Positions 27,815 through 38,634 are shown, counted from the first letter of the stretch. The stretch is 64,000 nucleotides of DNA from an uncultured Planctomycetota bacterium (GCA_963823665.1 CAWGMQ010000008.1:2120493-2184492), one strand, 5' to 3'. Numbers and translations are program-made. The notes: generated by a model not told the origin, from the letters alone.

Positions 27815-28213
27815 TCAGTCCCAATCCCAACGCGGCCTTGCTCGGTACGACAGACACACGAGCCACAGCAGCCCCAAACCCAGCCATTGCAGTAGCGGAA
27901 ATCCGACCTCGATCAATGGTCCACCGCAGTTCATCACGATCTCACCGGTGTAACGAGCTTGGACGAACGGCAAGATATCGTTCGCATACACCGCGACCGC
28001 CAAACCGGCGCTAATCGCCGTACCGGCAAAGACAAGCCCGGTGCCAAGCCGCCGGTGCCGCGAGAATGCCAGAATGCAATGCCCGATGTAGGGAGCACTT
28101 GTCCAGCAGACGAAGAAGTGAATGGATCGTGCGTCCATCCCGGCGGCCACGCATAGTGCGAGCATCGCACCGATCGCGATGAGGCTCGCACAAATGCTCA
28201 ATGCGGTGTACAT
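27815..28213 (-). CDS. Hypothetical membrane protein (about 4 TM helices)
   Basis: 132-aa hydrophobic ORF, co-directional with its neighbours. Confidence 0.6.
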   Translation of the reverse strand: MYTALSICASLIAIGAMLALCVAAGMDARSIHFFVCWTSAPYIGHCILAFSRHRRLGTGLVFAGTAISAGLAVAVYANDILPFVQARYTGEIVMNCGGPLIEVGFPLLQWLGLGLLWLVCLSYRARPRWDWD

Positions 28214-28430
28214 GAGCTGTCTTTCCCTAGCTCCCGAGCCGAAGCCTGGCAAACCGGCTTGGCGAGAGCGAGGGTCATTTTACCAGAAAACCATGTTTCA
28301 CTTGATCAGAATGCGCATCTCTTTGCGGAGCACGCCGGATTTCTGCGGCCAGTTCGTTTTGGAACGGCTCCGAAGTTCGCAGGGGCGCGACGCTTGCCTG
28401 GGCCGCGCGATCGATTGGCCGGATGCCTGC

Positions 28431-29315
28431 TCAATCCTTCGCGCTTGCAGCTCGGTCCAGTCGCTCGGCCTCAGCCTGCTGCGCGGTCGACTGAAAATGG
28501 GGCTTGAGTAGGGGCTCGACGTTCGGCGGTACTTCCGGCACCGGATCGGTTTCGGGAATACCGCCTCTCTCAAGCAGTTCATTGAGAATCGGGCCGTGCA
28601 ACATGTCTTCAAGGTCGCGAAGCCGGCGAGCAACGTACGCGCCGTCCAGAACGCGATGGTCGTAAATCAGTTTCACGATCACCCGCCCGGTATCCGGATC
28701 GATCGGGCCGTACGTGAGCGTGGTTGAAAGCGGTGAGATCGGGTGAATCTGCTCAGCCCCCAGCGCTCCGTAGCTCGAAAGCCCGAACGTTCCGAATCGC
28801 TTGCTGCGCTTGAAACCCGAGATATTCAGCGTGCCCCACCACAAAAGCCGCCGTAGCGGCGTCGGCGCCTTGCTGAACCGCAGCGCCATGCGGTAGAACC
28901 CGACCTTCTCGAGCGTCTCGTTCTTGTACCAGGCTACCGCCTGTTGAAGCTGACTCAGAGTTTGCTGCTCGGGCGCCCGGAAGATTCCGACGAAGACACC
29001 TTCTTCGCCTTGATAAACGCGCTCGATCGCCATCGCACAGTTCATCCAGGGGTGCTGATACAGCCGAGGCCATGGGAATTCCAGCAATGACCGCCGCAAC
29101 GGCGGATTTTCAGCTCCCACCAAAGCATAAGCCTTCATGAAAACACACGACCAGGACGGCCGCGCGGGATGCCGGACCCTCGCATCGGAGAGCGCTGAAA
29201 GATCAATCGTTCGCGCAACCGGCGCCGAGGGAATCCGGCGCGCAAAATGAACCAGGTCGCCGATAAATTTCCGCGGCCCCGGCAACGGTAGATAATGTCC
29301 GGTCGGCTCGCGCAT
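28431..29315 (-). CDS. Stand-alone 2-oxoacid dehydrogenase E2-like acyltransferase catalytic domain
   Basis: 'GTFGLSSYG' and 'IYDHRVLDG' (HxxxDG catalytic motif). There is no lipoyl or E3-binding domain. Confidence 0.75.
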   Translation of the reverse strand: MREPTGHYLPLPGPRKFIGDLVHFARRIPSAPVARTIDLSALSDARVRHPARPSWSCVFMKAYALVGAENPPLRRSLLEFPWPRLYQHPWMNCAMAIERVYQGEEGVFVGIFRAPEQQTLSQLQQAVAWYKNETLEKVGFYRMALRFSKAPTPLRRLLWWGTLNISGFKRSKRFGTFGLSSYGALGAEQIHPISPLSTTLTYGPIDPDTGRVIVKLIYDHRVLDGAYVARRLRDLEDMLHGPILNELLERGGIPETDPVPEVPPNVEPLLKPHFQSTAQQAEAERLDRAASAKD

Positions 29316-29664
29316 CCATGCACCCTTGGAAGAACTGGGAGGGGTAATCGAAACCTGTGTGCCGAAGAAGGGCGCATGGGCAGTGCGGTTGCTTCGGCGA
29401 TAACCGGCGACAACGAGGCGGAGACTACAGGAAGTCGCCATTCTGGGGAAGCCGAAGGTCACGATCGTGGTCGCATGCATGGTCGGGTAAAGAGATCGTT
29501 CGTGTACTCCGTGAATGTCAAATCTGTCGTTTGCCGGCGCTCGGCCCGGTTGGGAGCGTTCGATCAGGGATGGATTCCCGCAATCGGGTCGCGTATACCA
29601 TAATCGTTTGCATTTCTCCCGGCTTACTCGGGCGGCGTGGTCATGGACGTGCTCTCGTGCGACC

Positions 29665-30519
29665 ATGGTCAATGGCAACAGCGAGTTGTTTGCCGGGATT
29701 CGTTTGGCGATCCTGCAGCCGAGCACGGCCTTGCCTCCAGAAGATCAGGCACACGTATTCGTTCACCTGCTGCCGAGGCTCATTCCGCACGGATTTCTAC
29801 GGGGCGGCGTGGCCGTCGTCGTTGACGTGCTGCGAGCGACCACCGTGATGGTGCATGCGCTCGCGGCCGGTTGCGCGGAGATCATCCCTTGCGGTGAAAT
29901 CGATGAAGCCAGAGAAATCGCGGTCAATCTACCCGAGGGCACGGCGTTGCTCGCCGGCGAACGCCAGGGACTGCCGATCCCCGGGTTCGACCTGGGAAAT
30001 TCCCCAGACGACTTTACCGCAGAAGTCTGCAAAGGAAAAACCCTGGTCATGACGACGACCAACGGCACCCGGGCGATTCTGGCCAGCCTCGATGCGGAAC
30101 GCGTGTACATCGCCAGTTTCGGGAACTTGCGGGCGACTTCGACCGAGCTATCCGTTCAGTTCCTCAAGAAGGACCACAAACATCCAGTGCACATCATCTG
30201 CGCGGGAACGGATGGCCACATCAGCCTGGAAGACAGCCTGCTGGCGGGCGCCCTGGCGGCTCAACTGGTCAACGTGCCCGCAGAGCATGTCTCAAGCTGT
30301 TTCGGCAACGACGAGGCCCTTATGGCCGTCTGTCAGTGGAACGATGTGGAGCGATTTTTGGAGAGACGTACTCTTTCGTCTCTCCTGAGTTTGGGTCGAG
30401 GTGGAAGGAATCTAGACGGGATCGGCTTGGCGGTGGATTTCGACGCTTCGAGCCGGGTTGACCATCTGCCTCTGGTCGCGATGCTGGAGCGTGAACCCTT
30501 GCGAGTTGTGGCGGTCTGA
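29665..30519 (+). CDS. comB: 2-phosphosulfolactate phosphatase family protein
   Basis: 'AVVVDVLRATT', 'LAGER', 'FDLGNSP', 'MTTTNGT' and 'SLEDSLLAG'. The start is uncertain (29665 or TTG 29731). Confidence 0.9.
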   Translation: MVNGNSELFAGIRLAILQPSTALPPEDQAHVFVHLLPRLIPHGFLRGGVAVVVDVLRATTVMVHALAAGCAEIIPCGEIDEAREIAVNLPEGTALLAGERQGLPIPGFDLGNSPDDFTAEVCKGKTLVMTTTNGTRAILASLDAERVYIASFGNLRATSTELSVQFLKKDHKHPVHIICAGTDGHISLEDSLLAGALAAQLVNVPAEHVSSCFGNDEALMAVCQWNDVERFLERRTLSSLLSLGRGGRNLDGIGLAVDFDASSRVDHLPLVAMLEREPLRVVAV

Positions 30520-30583
30520 AGCGAAAGCCGGACCACGCGGCGAGTGTCGCCGCGTTCGTGCTCCCTTTCAGGAAGGTGACGAA

Positions 30584-32110
30584 ATGCTCGACGATATGGA
30601 CAAGCTGGTCTCACTCTGCAAAAGACGGGGATTTGTCTTTCCCTCGAGCGAGATTTACGGGGGCATCAACGGATTCTGGGACTATGGACCGCTCGGTGTG
30701 GAGCTGAAGCGGAACATCAAGGAAGCCTGGTGGCGCGACAACGTCCAGATGCGCGATGACATGGTGGGGCTCGACTGTTCGATCATCATGAACCCTAAGG
30801 TATGGGAGGCGTCAGGTCACGTCAGCGGTTTTTCCGACCCGATGGTTGACTGTCGCGCGACCAAAGAGCGTTATCGGGCCGACCAGCTTTTCGTCTTCGC
30901 GTATGTCTTCCCGGCCGTCAACCACAAGGGCGAGCCGACGGAAGCGTGGCTGGCTGGCCACGGCAGTTCCGCGGGCGAGGCAACCGAGCAGCCCGAGAAG
31001 AAGGCGGTGAAGCTCGCCAAGCGATTCGGTCAGCCGGTCGCGCCGCCGTCGGTCATTCCCTACCTGCAGCTCGATCCGGCCGATCGCGAAAAAGTCGTCG
31101 GTCCTTCCACCGACGAGCGCGGCACTCTGACCGAGCCGCGTGCCTTCAATCTCATGTTCAAGACGTTCGTCGGGGCACTCGAACATGAGTCGAACGTCGC
31201 CTACCTTCGCCCCGAGACCGCGCAGGGGATTTTTGCCAACTTCAAGAACGTAGTCGATACCGGGCGGGTCAAGATTCCGTTTGGAATCGCACAGATCGGT
31301 AAGAGCTTTCGCAACGAGATTAACCCGCGCAATTTCACCTTTCGCTCGCGCGAGTTCGAGCAGATGGAGATCGAGTTCTTCTGCCGTCCCGAAGAGGCCA
31401 AGGACTGGTATGCCTACTGGCGCAAGACGCGATTCGAGTGGTACGTCGAGCTGGGGCTCCAGTCGGACAGGCTGCGGCTGCGCGACCATGACGCCGACGA
31501 GCTGGCCTTCTATTCAACGGCGACCGCCGACATCGAGTATGCCTTTCCGTTCGGGATCAGCGAGCTCGAGGGAATCGCCCACCGGGGCGACTATGACTTG
31601 ACCCAGCACATGAAGTCGAGCGGCAAAGACCTCAAGTATTTCGACGAAGATCGCAAGGAGCGGTTCGTTCCGCACGTGGTCGAACCCTCGGCAGGCGCAG
31701 ACCGGGCCACCCTGGCTTTCCTGTGCGAGGCTTTCGCGGTCGACGAAGTCGGCGGCGAGTCACGCACGGTGCTGAAATTCCACCCGCGGATCGCACCGAT
31801 CAAGGCCGCGATCTTTCCGCTCGTCAAACGCGACGGCATGCCGGAAAAGGCCGAGGCGATCTATCGCGAGCTCAAACGACACCACAACGTCGCCTACGAC
31901 GAGAAAGGAGCCATCGGCCGGCGTTATCGCCGCCAGGATGAGGCCGGAACTCCATTCTGCGTGACCGTCGACAGCCAAACGCTGACCGACGATACTGTCA
32001 CGATTCGTGACCGCGACACCTGCCGCCAGTGGCGCGTGCCAATGGCGGGCATGCGCGCGGCCCTGGACGACCTGTTGGATGGTCGCGGCATGCCGGAGGC
32101 AAACCCTTGA
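30584..32110 (+). CDS. glyQS: Glycine--tRNA ligase (homodimeric class IIa type)
   Basis: 'CKRRGFVFPSSEIYGG', 'YLRPETAQGIF', 'FRNEINPRNFTFRSREFEQME', 'VEPSAG' and 'IGRRYRRQDEAGTP'. Confidence 0.97.
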   Translation: MLDDMDKLVSLCKRRGFVFPSSEIYGGINGFWDYGPLGVELKRNIKEAWWRDNVQMRDDMVGLDCSIIMNPKVWEASGHVSGFSDPMVDCRATKERYRADQLFVFAYVFPAVNHKGEPTEAWLAGHGSSAGEATEQPEKKAVKLAKRFGQPVAPPSVIPYLQLDPADREKVVGPSTDERGTLTEPRAFNLMFKTFVGALEHESNVAYLRPETAQGIFANFKNVVDTGRVKIPFGIAQIGKSFRNEINPRNFTFRSREFEQMEIEFFCRPEEAKDWYAYWRKTRFEWYVELGLQSDRLRLRDHDADELAFYSTATADIEYAFPFGISELEGIAHRGDYDLTQHMKSSGKDLKYFDEDRKERFVPHVVEPSAGADRATLAFLCEAFAVDEVGGESRTVLKFHPRIAPIKAAIFPLVKRDGMPEKAEAIYRELKRHHNVAYDEKGAIGRRYRRQDEAGTPFCVTVDSQTLTDDTVTIRDRDTCRQWRVPMAGMRAALDDLLDGRGMPEANP

Positions 32111-32162
32111 TTTTGGCAATGGCATCACCCTGGAGGGGATCGTCGAGTTCTGAATCGATACC

Positions 32163-33008
32163 ATGAAGCCCTGCATCAGCCAAGCGACCACCTTGAAGAG
32201 CCCCTTCGAGGCGGACCCAGCCATCTTCTCGCGCAATGGCTGGACCGACGTCGAAATCTGGTTGACCAAGCTCGAGACGTTTCTCCAGGACCATACGCTT
32301 GCCGAGGCCAGAAAAACGCTTGAATCCGAGGGCATCCGACCCGTCGCCGCGGCTTCCCAGGGCGGGCTGCTCTTATCCCGCGGGGACGGGCGAGAAGCTC
32401 ACTGGAAGCACTTCGCGAATCGTTTGTCCATACTCGCCGAGCTCAAAGTGCCCGTGCTGATCGTGACGCCGGATTTCGTGGCGCAGCCGAATCACGACGA
32501 TTACATTCGCGCGGCCGCTTCGCTCGGTGAAGCTTCCGAGATGGCGGCGACTTTCGGCGTGCGGTTGGCTCTCGAATTTCAAAAGACTTCGTCGTTCTGC
32601 GCCTGCCTGGAAACGGCGCTCGCGCTCATCGAACAATCCGGCGCCTCGAGTGCCGGCGTTTGCCTTGATGTGTTCCATTTCTTCACCGGTCCGAGCAAGA
32701 CGGAGGATCTCGCGCATCTGAACGCGCAGTCAATCGCGTGGGTCCAGGCGAGCGACCTGATCGGTACGCCGCGCGAACTGGCCACTGACAGCGACCGTAT
32801 TTTGCCGGGCGAGGGCGACTTTCCACTCGGCCCATTCTTCGAGCGCCTCCGCCAGACGGGATACGATGGCCACGTCTCGCTCGAAATCCTCAATCCACAT
32901 CTCTGGCAAGTCGATCCCGATCGCATGGCCGATCTGGGACGCCAGGCCCTCCTCCGCGTGCTGGGTCCATGGCAAACCACGCCCGCGGAATCGAAAGGAG
33001 GGTGCTAG
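32163..33008 (+). CDS. Sugar phosphate isomerase/epimerase family (AP_endonuc_2 TIM barrel)
   Basis: 'LALEF', 'CLDVFHF', 'VQASD', 'RILPGEGDF' and 'GYDGHVSLE'. Confidence 0.88.
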   Translation: MKPCISQATTLKSPFEADPAIFSRNGWTDVEIWLTKLETFLQDHTLAEARKTLESEGIRPVAAASQGGLLLSRGDGREAHWKHFANRLSILAELKVPVLIVTPDFVAQPNHDDYIRAAASLGEASEMAATFGVRLALEFQKTSSFCACLETALALIEQSGASSAGVCLDVFHFFTGPSKTEDLAHLNAQSIAWVQASDLIGTPRELATDSDRILPGEGDFPLGPFFERLRQTGYDGHVSLEILNPHLWQVDPDRMADLGRQALLRVLGPWQTTPAESKGGC

Positions 33009-33010
33009 AC

Positions 33011-33514
33011 ATGTCATCGCTGGTAACCCTCCAACCCGCAGCGGTCATTTACCGCGAGGAACAGTATTTTGATTGGCGAATCTACAGTTTCATCGCTCTG
33101 GGCGAGACCTTGACTGGCTTGGCGCTCTCACGCGGGCGAGTGATGTCGGTCGAATTCGGGCTCGGATTGGCGCTGGGGCTGGGCCTGCTCATGGTCGTGA
33201 TCGTCTTCCTCTTGCACATGACGACCGAGGTCACGCCGACCAATCTTCGGGTGTGGTTCGGCTGGATCCCAACCTATCGCCGCGCGCTTCCAATCGACAC
33301 CATTCGCTCTGTTGAAGTGGTCACATACCGCCCCATCGCCGATTACGGCTTCTGGGGCATCCGGTCCGGGCGAGACGGCGAACGTGCGCTCATAGCTCGC
33401 GGCAATCGCGGAGTTCGACTCGAGCTGACCGACGGCTCAAAACTCTTGATCGGCAGCCAGAAGCCCGAGCTACTCGCCGCCGCGATCGACCGGTCGTTGA
33501 GGAGCGTTATCTGA
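33011..33514 (+). CDS. Membrane protein with bacterial PH-like domain (DUF3093/DUF6141-like)
   Basis: Two TM helices followed by 'YRPIADYGFWGIR...GNRGVRLEL...LLIGSQKPEL'. AAGGAG RBS. Confidence 0.7.
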   Translation: MSSLVTLQPAAVIYREEQYFDWRIYSFIALGETLTGLALSRGRVMSVEFGLGLALGLGLLMVVIVFLLHMTTEVTPTNLRVWFGWIPTYRRALPIDTIRSVEVVTYRPIADYGFWGIRSGRDGERALIARGNRGVRLELTDGSKLLIGSQKPELLAAAIDRSLRSVI

Positions 33515-34601
33515 ACACTGCGGATTGGATCAGTTCGTCGGCGGAGAACTCAACCACGGCCGTGCAGCTATCCGCTGCGCCATAGTATACGAGATACGAG
33601 CTGGCCGTCTCGATGATGCCGGTCGGGAAAACAACGTCCGGTACAAAGCCCGATCGCTCAAATTCAGCGGTAGGCTCGAAGATGGACGTTGCCGTCTTGC
33701 GGAGAATCTTCGCGGGGTTATGAGAGTCGAGCACGAGCACGCCGGTGGAATACATGCCCACCTCCCCCGGCCGGGACGGCTGGCGGTTGCCATGGTAAAT
33801 CTCGACCCAGCCATCGGACGACCGCACCGGCGGTGTACCAGCCCCGACGCGGCCCGTTTCCCATAGGGCGCCTCCGCCGTGCAGGCATTCGTGCCGGCCC
33901 CAATGAATCAGGTCGCCCGAGCGCGAGAGCCACATCTCAGGCCGGCAAAACGGCGTCGCTGCGTTCGGGCGATGCAGCGCGACGTACTCGCCGGCGATTC
34001 GCTCCGGAAACAGCACGACGTCCTTGTTTTCCGGGCAAAAGATCATCCCGTGGCGATCGAAGCTCTTGAAATCGGTCGTCGAGGCCAGTGAGGTTCCCGC
34101 GCCGTGACGCGATACCGAGACGTATGTGATGTAAAACCGGTCGTTGAGGGCCGTGATTCGCGGATCCTCAACGCCAAATTCCTCGAGTTCCGAGCCGGGC
34201 AGAAACCGCACGTCGGTGATTTCACGCACGGACCTGCCATCTCCACAGCGCACAACGCGCAGATGCGAGATGAACGTCAACCGCACCAGTCCATCAGCCT
34301 TTCGTTTGACAACCCGTGGATCGACCACTTCGAGGGTATCGTCCGCGACCCAGTCGATTTCCAGACCCACCTGCGCCGACCAGCGCGGCAGCGCCGTGTA
34401 GCCGGCGCGATGCTCGATGGGCCGCTCGGCCACGCGAACCATCAGTATAACTTCACCATTGACCATGATCGCGCCGGGATTGAACACTCCGACAACTCGG
34501 AAATCACCCCGCAGCGGCTCGAGATCAGCGGGGCAGAGCAGCAACCGCCCGAACTGGCGTTTCAAGAGCACTGGGAAGCTCCTTCGCGTGTAGACGAACA
34601 T
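33507..34601 (-). CDS. Glycoside hydrolase family 130 protein (mannoside phosphorylase/hydrolase-like)
   Basis: 'VFNPGA', 'GVEDPRIT', 'NKDVVLFPE', 'ALHRP', 'VGAGTPP', 'VVFPTG' and 'YYGAAD'. Confidence 0.9.
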   Translation of the reverse strand: MFVYTRRSFPVLLKRQFGRLLLCPADLEPLRGDFRVVGVFNPGAIMVNGEVILMVRVAERPIEHRAGYTALPRWSAQVGLEIDWVADDTLEVVDPRVVKRKADGLVRLTFISHLRVVRCGDGRSVREITDVRFLPGSELEEFGVEDPRITALNDRFYITYVSVSRHGAGTSLASTTDFKSFDRHGMIFCPENKDVVLFPERIAGEYVALHRPNAATPFCRPEMWLSRSGDLIHWGRHECLHGGGALWETGRVGAGTPPVRSSDGWVEIYHGNRQPSRPGEVGMYSTGVLVLDSHNPAKILRKTATSIFEPTAEFERSGFVPDVVFPTGIIETASSYLVYYGAADSCTAVVEFSADELIQSAVFR

Positions 34602-34604
34602 CCA

Positions 34605-35735
34605 TCAAGATCTGGCCAGGCGATCTGCGGCACAGGCAGCCGCCAGCGAATCTCGACCGTTCGCCTCGGTGATCTTTCTCGTGTGGGAACGGTCGCGAAT
34701 CCAGGCGATCTGGTCGGCCATGAGCGCGCGAAGCAACTCGCCGTATCGGTGCGACTTGTTGGTGCCCTCGCCCCAGGAAAGTTCGATGGTCTGGTAGACA
34801 TCAAGCGGATTTCCTCGCGCGAAACAGGCCCGATCCCTGGGCGAATAGACGGCGGAGACGTCAAGCCTGGCGCCAGGAAACAAGTCGCAAAGAGCGCGAG
34901 TCTGCGCCTCATCGACGATCGCGTGAATGCGAACGTGTGTCGGAACCCAGTCATACAAGGTCACATCGCCCCAGTCGAAGAGCAGGCGCAGCTCCTGCCT
35001 ATCCATGCGGCCGGCCTGATGGAAGCCGTGATAGAAGTTGACGAGGGTCGTCGGACCGTAACGCACCGTGCAATGGACGTGCTCCTCGAGTGGGGGTGAC
35101 GATCCGGGGCGAACCCCGCACTGTGCGGCCACGACGGTGCCGGGGCCCAGCCAGCCGGCAAAGAGGTCGAAGAAGTGAACACCATGCTCGATGAAAATGC
35201 CGCCGCTCTTGGCTCTGTCCCAGAACCAGTGTTCGTGCGGCAGGTTTTCATCCGAGGCATAGTTCTCGAAGTATCCATGCAAGAGATCGCCCAGCAGTCG
35301 GGATTGGATCAGGTGTTTGACCGCATCAAAAATGGGGTTGTACCGCTGCATCAGGTTGACCGTCAGAAGCAGGCCTCGTTCTCGCGCCGTGTCGTTCATC
35401 GCGTCAGCCTGCTCGAGCGTGATCGCCAGCGGTTTCTCGCACACAACGTGCTTGCCGGCCTCAAGCGCCTTGAGGCCCTGAGGAGCGTGAAGAAACGGCG
35501 GAGTCGCGATATAGACCAGGTCGACATCGTCTCGCGCGAGCAGCACATCGACGTCCTGGATATCCGGAACACCGAAACGCTCCGCCGCGGCATGTGCCGC
35601 CGCGCGGTTCGTTCCCGCCATGCCGACCAGCTCCAGACCCGGTATCTGCGTGAATTGCTGCAGCGCATAGAGGCCGAATCCACCACACCCGATGACTGCC
35701 AGTCTGATTTCGTCTTGATTCATCAAGCGCTCCAT
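34605..35735 (-). CDS. Gfo/Idh/MocA family oxidoreductase
   Basis: 'IGCGGFG', 'VYIATPPFLH', 'GKHVVCEKP' and 'GGIFIEHGVHFFD'. Confidence 0.92.
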   Translation of the reverse strand: MERLMNQDEIRLAVIGCGGFGLYALQQFTQIPGLELVGMAGTNRAAAHAAAERFGVPDIQDVDVLLARDDVDLVYIATPPFLHAPQGLKALEAGKHVVCEKPLAITLEQADAMNDTARERGLLLTVNLMQRYNPIFDAVKHLIQSRLLGDLLHGYFENYASDENLPHEHWFWDRAKSGGIFIEHGVHFFDLFAGWLGPGTVVAAQCGVRPGSSPPLEEHVHCTVRYGPTTLVNFYHGFHQAGRMDRQELRLLFDWGDVTLYDWVPTHVRIHAIVDEAQTRALCDLFPGARLDVSAVYSPRDRACFARGNPLDVYQTIELSWGEGTNKSHRYGELLRALMADQIAWIRDRSHTRKITEANGRDSLAAACAADRLARS

Positions 35736-35912
35736 GAGTATCGAATCAAGCTAGGGCGAGTCCCGTCGTTGATTCTGCTAGTTCGATCCTATGTGGTCAA
35801 TTCGCCCGCAGTTAAGTTGGATCGTCCGGGGGATCATGCTTCAGGTAGAATAGACACCTTGAAGACCGCCGGCACGAAACATATTGGACGAGGCTAATCC
35901 ATCCGGAACGAC

Positions 35913-36410
35913 ATGGCAAAAGAAACATCGGAAGCACCGCTCGTCGGCGTCGTGATGGGGAGCAAATCCGACTGGGAAACGATGCGCCATTGCAGCGAGC
36001 TGTTAGCGGAGCTGGGAATTCCTCACGAGTCGAAAGTGGTCTCCGCGCACCGGACTCCGGAACGGCTCTATCGCTACGGACAAGAAGCCGAGGGCAGGGG
36101 CCTGGAAGTGGTGATCGCCGGCGCCGGTGGTGCCGCGCATCTTCCCGGGATGCTGGCAGCGATCACGATGTTGCCGGTTCTTGGCGTACCCGTGGAGAGC
36201 AAGACACTGCGGGGGGTGGATTCGCTGCTCTCAATCGTGCAGATGCCGCGTGGCGTGCCGGTCGGCACGCTCGCAATCGGAGCTTCGGGGGCAGCTAACG
36301 CAGCGATCCTGGCGGCGGCGATTCTGGGTCGAAAGTACCCGGAGATCCGCCGAAACCTGGCCCGATTCCGCCAGGCGCAAACGGATGCCGTGGGAGAGGC
36401 ACCCACATGA
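35913..36410 (+). CDS. purE: N5-carboxyaminoimidazole ribonucleotide mutase
   Basis: 'MGSKSD', 'VSAHRTP', '[13 protein letters not shown]' and '[11 protein letters not shown]'. Confidence 0.98.
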   Translation: MAKETSEAPLVGVVMGSKSDWETMRHCSELLAELGIPHESKVVSAHRTPERLYRYGQEAEGRGLEVVIAGAGGAAHLPGMLAAITMLPVLGVPVESKTLRGVDSLLSIVQMPRGVPVGTLAIGASGAANAAILAAAILGRKYPEIRRNLARFRQAQTDAVGEAPT

Positions 36411-37627
36411 GCCGCCTCTCCTCACAACGCGCAGAACCGGTACAACAGGGCGTGATTTATCCGCCGGCGGCGCTGGGTGTCGTCGGCAGCGGTCAACTCG
36501 GCCGGATGTTCATCCAGGCTGCGCAGCGGATGGGTTATCGCGCGGGCGTCCTCGCGACCCATTCCGATGACCCGGCCGCGCAAGTTGCCCACTGGCAAGT
36601 GATCGGATCTTCAGACGATCTGGCGACGCTTCGTGAATTCGCGGCGCAAGCCGATGCTGTCACCGTCGAATTCGAAAACGTTCCTGCCCACGCGCTGCGC
36701 TGGCTCGCCCGCGAGCGAGTGGTGCGCCCAAACTGGCAAACGGCCTGGATCTGCCAGAATCGACTCCGAGAGAAACAGTTCCTCACCAGTGTAAACCTTC
36801 CACACACGCCCTGGCGCGCCGTGCGGAGCGAGCCCGAGCTGGAGAGCGCCGTCAGAAGCCTTGGCCTGCCGGTGATTCTCAAGACAGCCTCATCGGGGTA
36901 TGACGGCAAGGGACAGATCTTGATCAAGACCTGGGCTGAGGCTGCGGATGCCTGGGACAGCCTGGGACGAACTCACTGCGTGGCGGAGGCGGTGGTCAAT
37001 TTTGCAGCCGAGCTTTCGGTGATTGTCGCTCGTGGTGTGGACGGACAAGCCGTCTGCCATCCCGTAGCCATGAACCGGCACGAGCGCCACATTCTCGACG
37101 CGACCACCATGCCCGCCGCCGTCGGACCGATTGTCACAAAAGAGGCACATCAGCTCGCGCTGGCCGTCGCCGGCGCACTGGGCACGGTAGGTGTCTTGAC
37201 TGTCGAGTTCTTCTTGAACGCGGATGGAAGCCTGCTTGTCAACGAAATCGCACCCCGGCCGCACAACTCCGGCCACTTGACGATCGAAGCCAGCGTGGCG
37301 AGCCAGTTCGAACAGCAAGTGCGAGCCCTGTGCGGCCTGCCGCTGGGTCAGACGGACCTAGTCTCACCGGCGGCGATGGTGAACCTCCTGGGTGACCTGT
37401 GGATTCGTGCCGGCGGTGAGCCGCGCTGGGAGGCTGCACTCGCGCTCGATCCGGGCGTTTCCGTGCATCTTTACGGAAAGCAAGCGGCGATCCCCGGTCG
37501 CAAGATGGGCCACATCACCGTGATGGACCAAGATCCCGACGCGGCGCTTTCTCGCGCACTGGCGGCCCGAGCGGCCTTGGTGTCCGGCCGCACCGCCGGA
37601 AAGCCGCGCAGCTCTTCGACGAGGTAG
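36407..37627 (+). CDS. purK: N5-carboxyaminoimidazole ribonucleotide synthase
   Basis: 'GSGQLGRM', 'EFENV', 'GYDGKGQ', '[12 protein letters not shown]' and 'GRKMGH'. ATGA overlap with purE. Confidence 0.97.
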   Translation: MSRLSSQRAEPVQQGVIYPPAALGVVGSGQLGRMFIQAAQRMGYRAGVLATHSDDPAAQVAHWQVIGSSDDLATLREFAAQADAVTVEFENVPAHALRWLARERVVRPNWQTAWICQNRLREKQFLTSVNLPHTPWRAVRSEPELESAVRSLGLPVILKTASSGYDGKGQILIKTWAEAADAWDSLGRTHCVAEAVVNFAAELSVIVARGVDGQAVCHPVAMNRHERHILDATTMPAAVGPIVTKEAHQLALAVAGALGTVGVLTVEFFLNADGSLLVNEIAPRPHNSGHLTIEASVASQFEQQVRALCGLPLGQTDLVSPAAMVNLLGDLWIRAGGEPRWEAALALDPGVSVHLYGKQAAIPGRKMGHITVMDQDPDAALSRALAARAALVSGRTAGKPRSSSTR

Positions 37628-37632
37628 ATGTT

Positions 37633-38634
37633 ATGCGATTTGCTCAACCCGGATGGCTGTGGCTCATGATCCTCGTGCCTCTGCCGTGGCTGCTCGAACG
37701 CGCAAGGCCGCGGATCGCCTGGCCGAGCCTTGACGGCTTTCCACTCAAACGGCGAATCAGTTGGGTCTGGCTGCGAAGACTGCCACCATTTTTGTGCGGA
37801 TTGGCGATCGCTGCGCTCGCGGCGGCGCTCGCCCGTCCGCAAACCGTCGGCGGCACGACCAGGATCGCCGGGCGAGGAGTTGCAATCGTGGTTGCACTCG
37901 ACCAGAGCTCGAGCATGAATACGCTCGATTTTCCAACCAACCGGGGAACCAGTAACTTTTCACGCCTGGATGCGGCCAAGAAAACCTTTATGCAGTTCGT
38001 CGAAGCGCGGCCGGACGATCTGATCGGTCTGGTCGTCTTTGCAAATTATCCCGGACTGGCGTGCCCGCCGACACTCAACCACCCGTTCTTGATCGAAAGC
38101 GTGGCGAATGTCCGCACGCCTTTGGCCGGGGACGACGGAACCAACATCGGCGACGCGATTGCCGTTGGTCTCGATGCACTCCTGGTCGCGACCCCGAAGA
38201 AGAAGGTGCTGATTCTCTTGACGGACGGTCATAACGAGCCGTCAGGCCCTAAGCCGCTTGATCCCGTGGAGGGAGCGATGATCACCCAGAAACTCGGGGT
38301 TACGATGCACACCATCGCGATCGGCCATGTGGGTGGACCTCCGCGCGGAGTCGATCCAAACCGCGACCGCCCGCCGGGGGGCGAGATTGAGGGCCCGAAT
38401 GTCCCGCTGCTGGAAAAACTGGCGGAGCTCACAGGGGGGCGTTCGTTCGTCGCAACTGACGCGGATGCGCTCAATGTTGTTTTCAGAACGATTGACTCGC
38501 TCGAGAAGAGCCCGATTCGCGGCCAGATCCTCACACGATACGATGAACACTTTGCCGTGTACGCGAGTCTCGCCTTGACTCTGCTGCTGGTGGAACGTTT
38601 CCTGCGTTTAGGGAAGCTGGGGCAATTGCCATGA
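37633..38634 (+). CDS. BatA-like VWA domain membrane protein
   Basis: 'MRFAQPGWLWL', 'ALARPQ', MIDAS 'DQSSSM', 'GTNIGDAI' and 'LTDG'. Confidence 0.9.
   Translation: MRFAQPGWLWLMILVPLPWLLERARPRIAWPSLDGFPLKRRISWVWLRRLPPFLCGLAIAALAAALARPQTVGGTTRIAGRGVAIVVALDQSSSMNTLDFPTNRGTSNFSRLDAAKKTFMQFVEARPDDLIGLVVFANYPGLACPPTLNHPFLIESVANVRTPLAGDDGTNIGDAIAVGLDALLVATPKKKVLILLTDGHNEPSGPKPLDPVEGAMITQKLGVTMHTIAIGHVGGPPRGVDPNRDRPPGGEIEGPNVPLLEKLAELTGGRSFVATDADALNVVFRTIDSLEKSPIRGQILTRYDEHFAVYASLALTLLLVERFLRLGKLGQLP

Noticed and set aside
29316..29726. Overlapping long N-terminal extensions of ORFs 28431-29726 (-) and 29515-30519 (+)
   Set aside because: The extensions are not protein-like, and the recognisable domains start later. 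This is a divergent promoter region.
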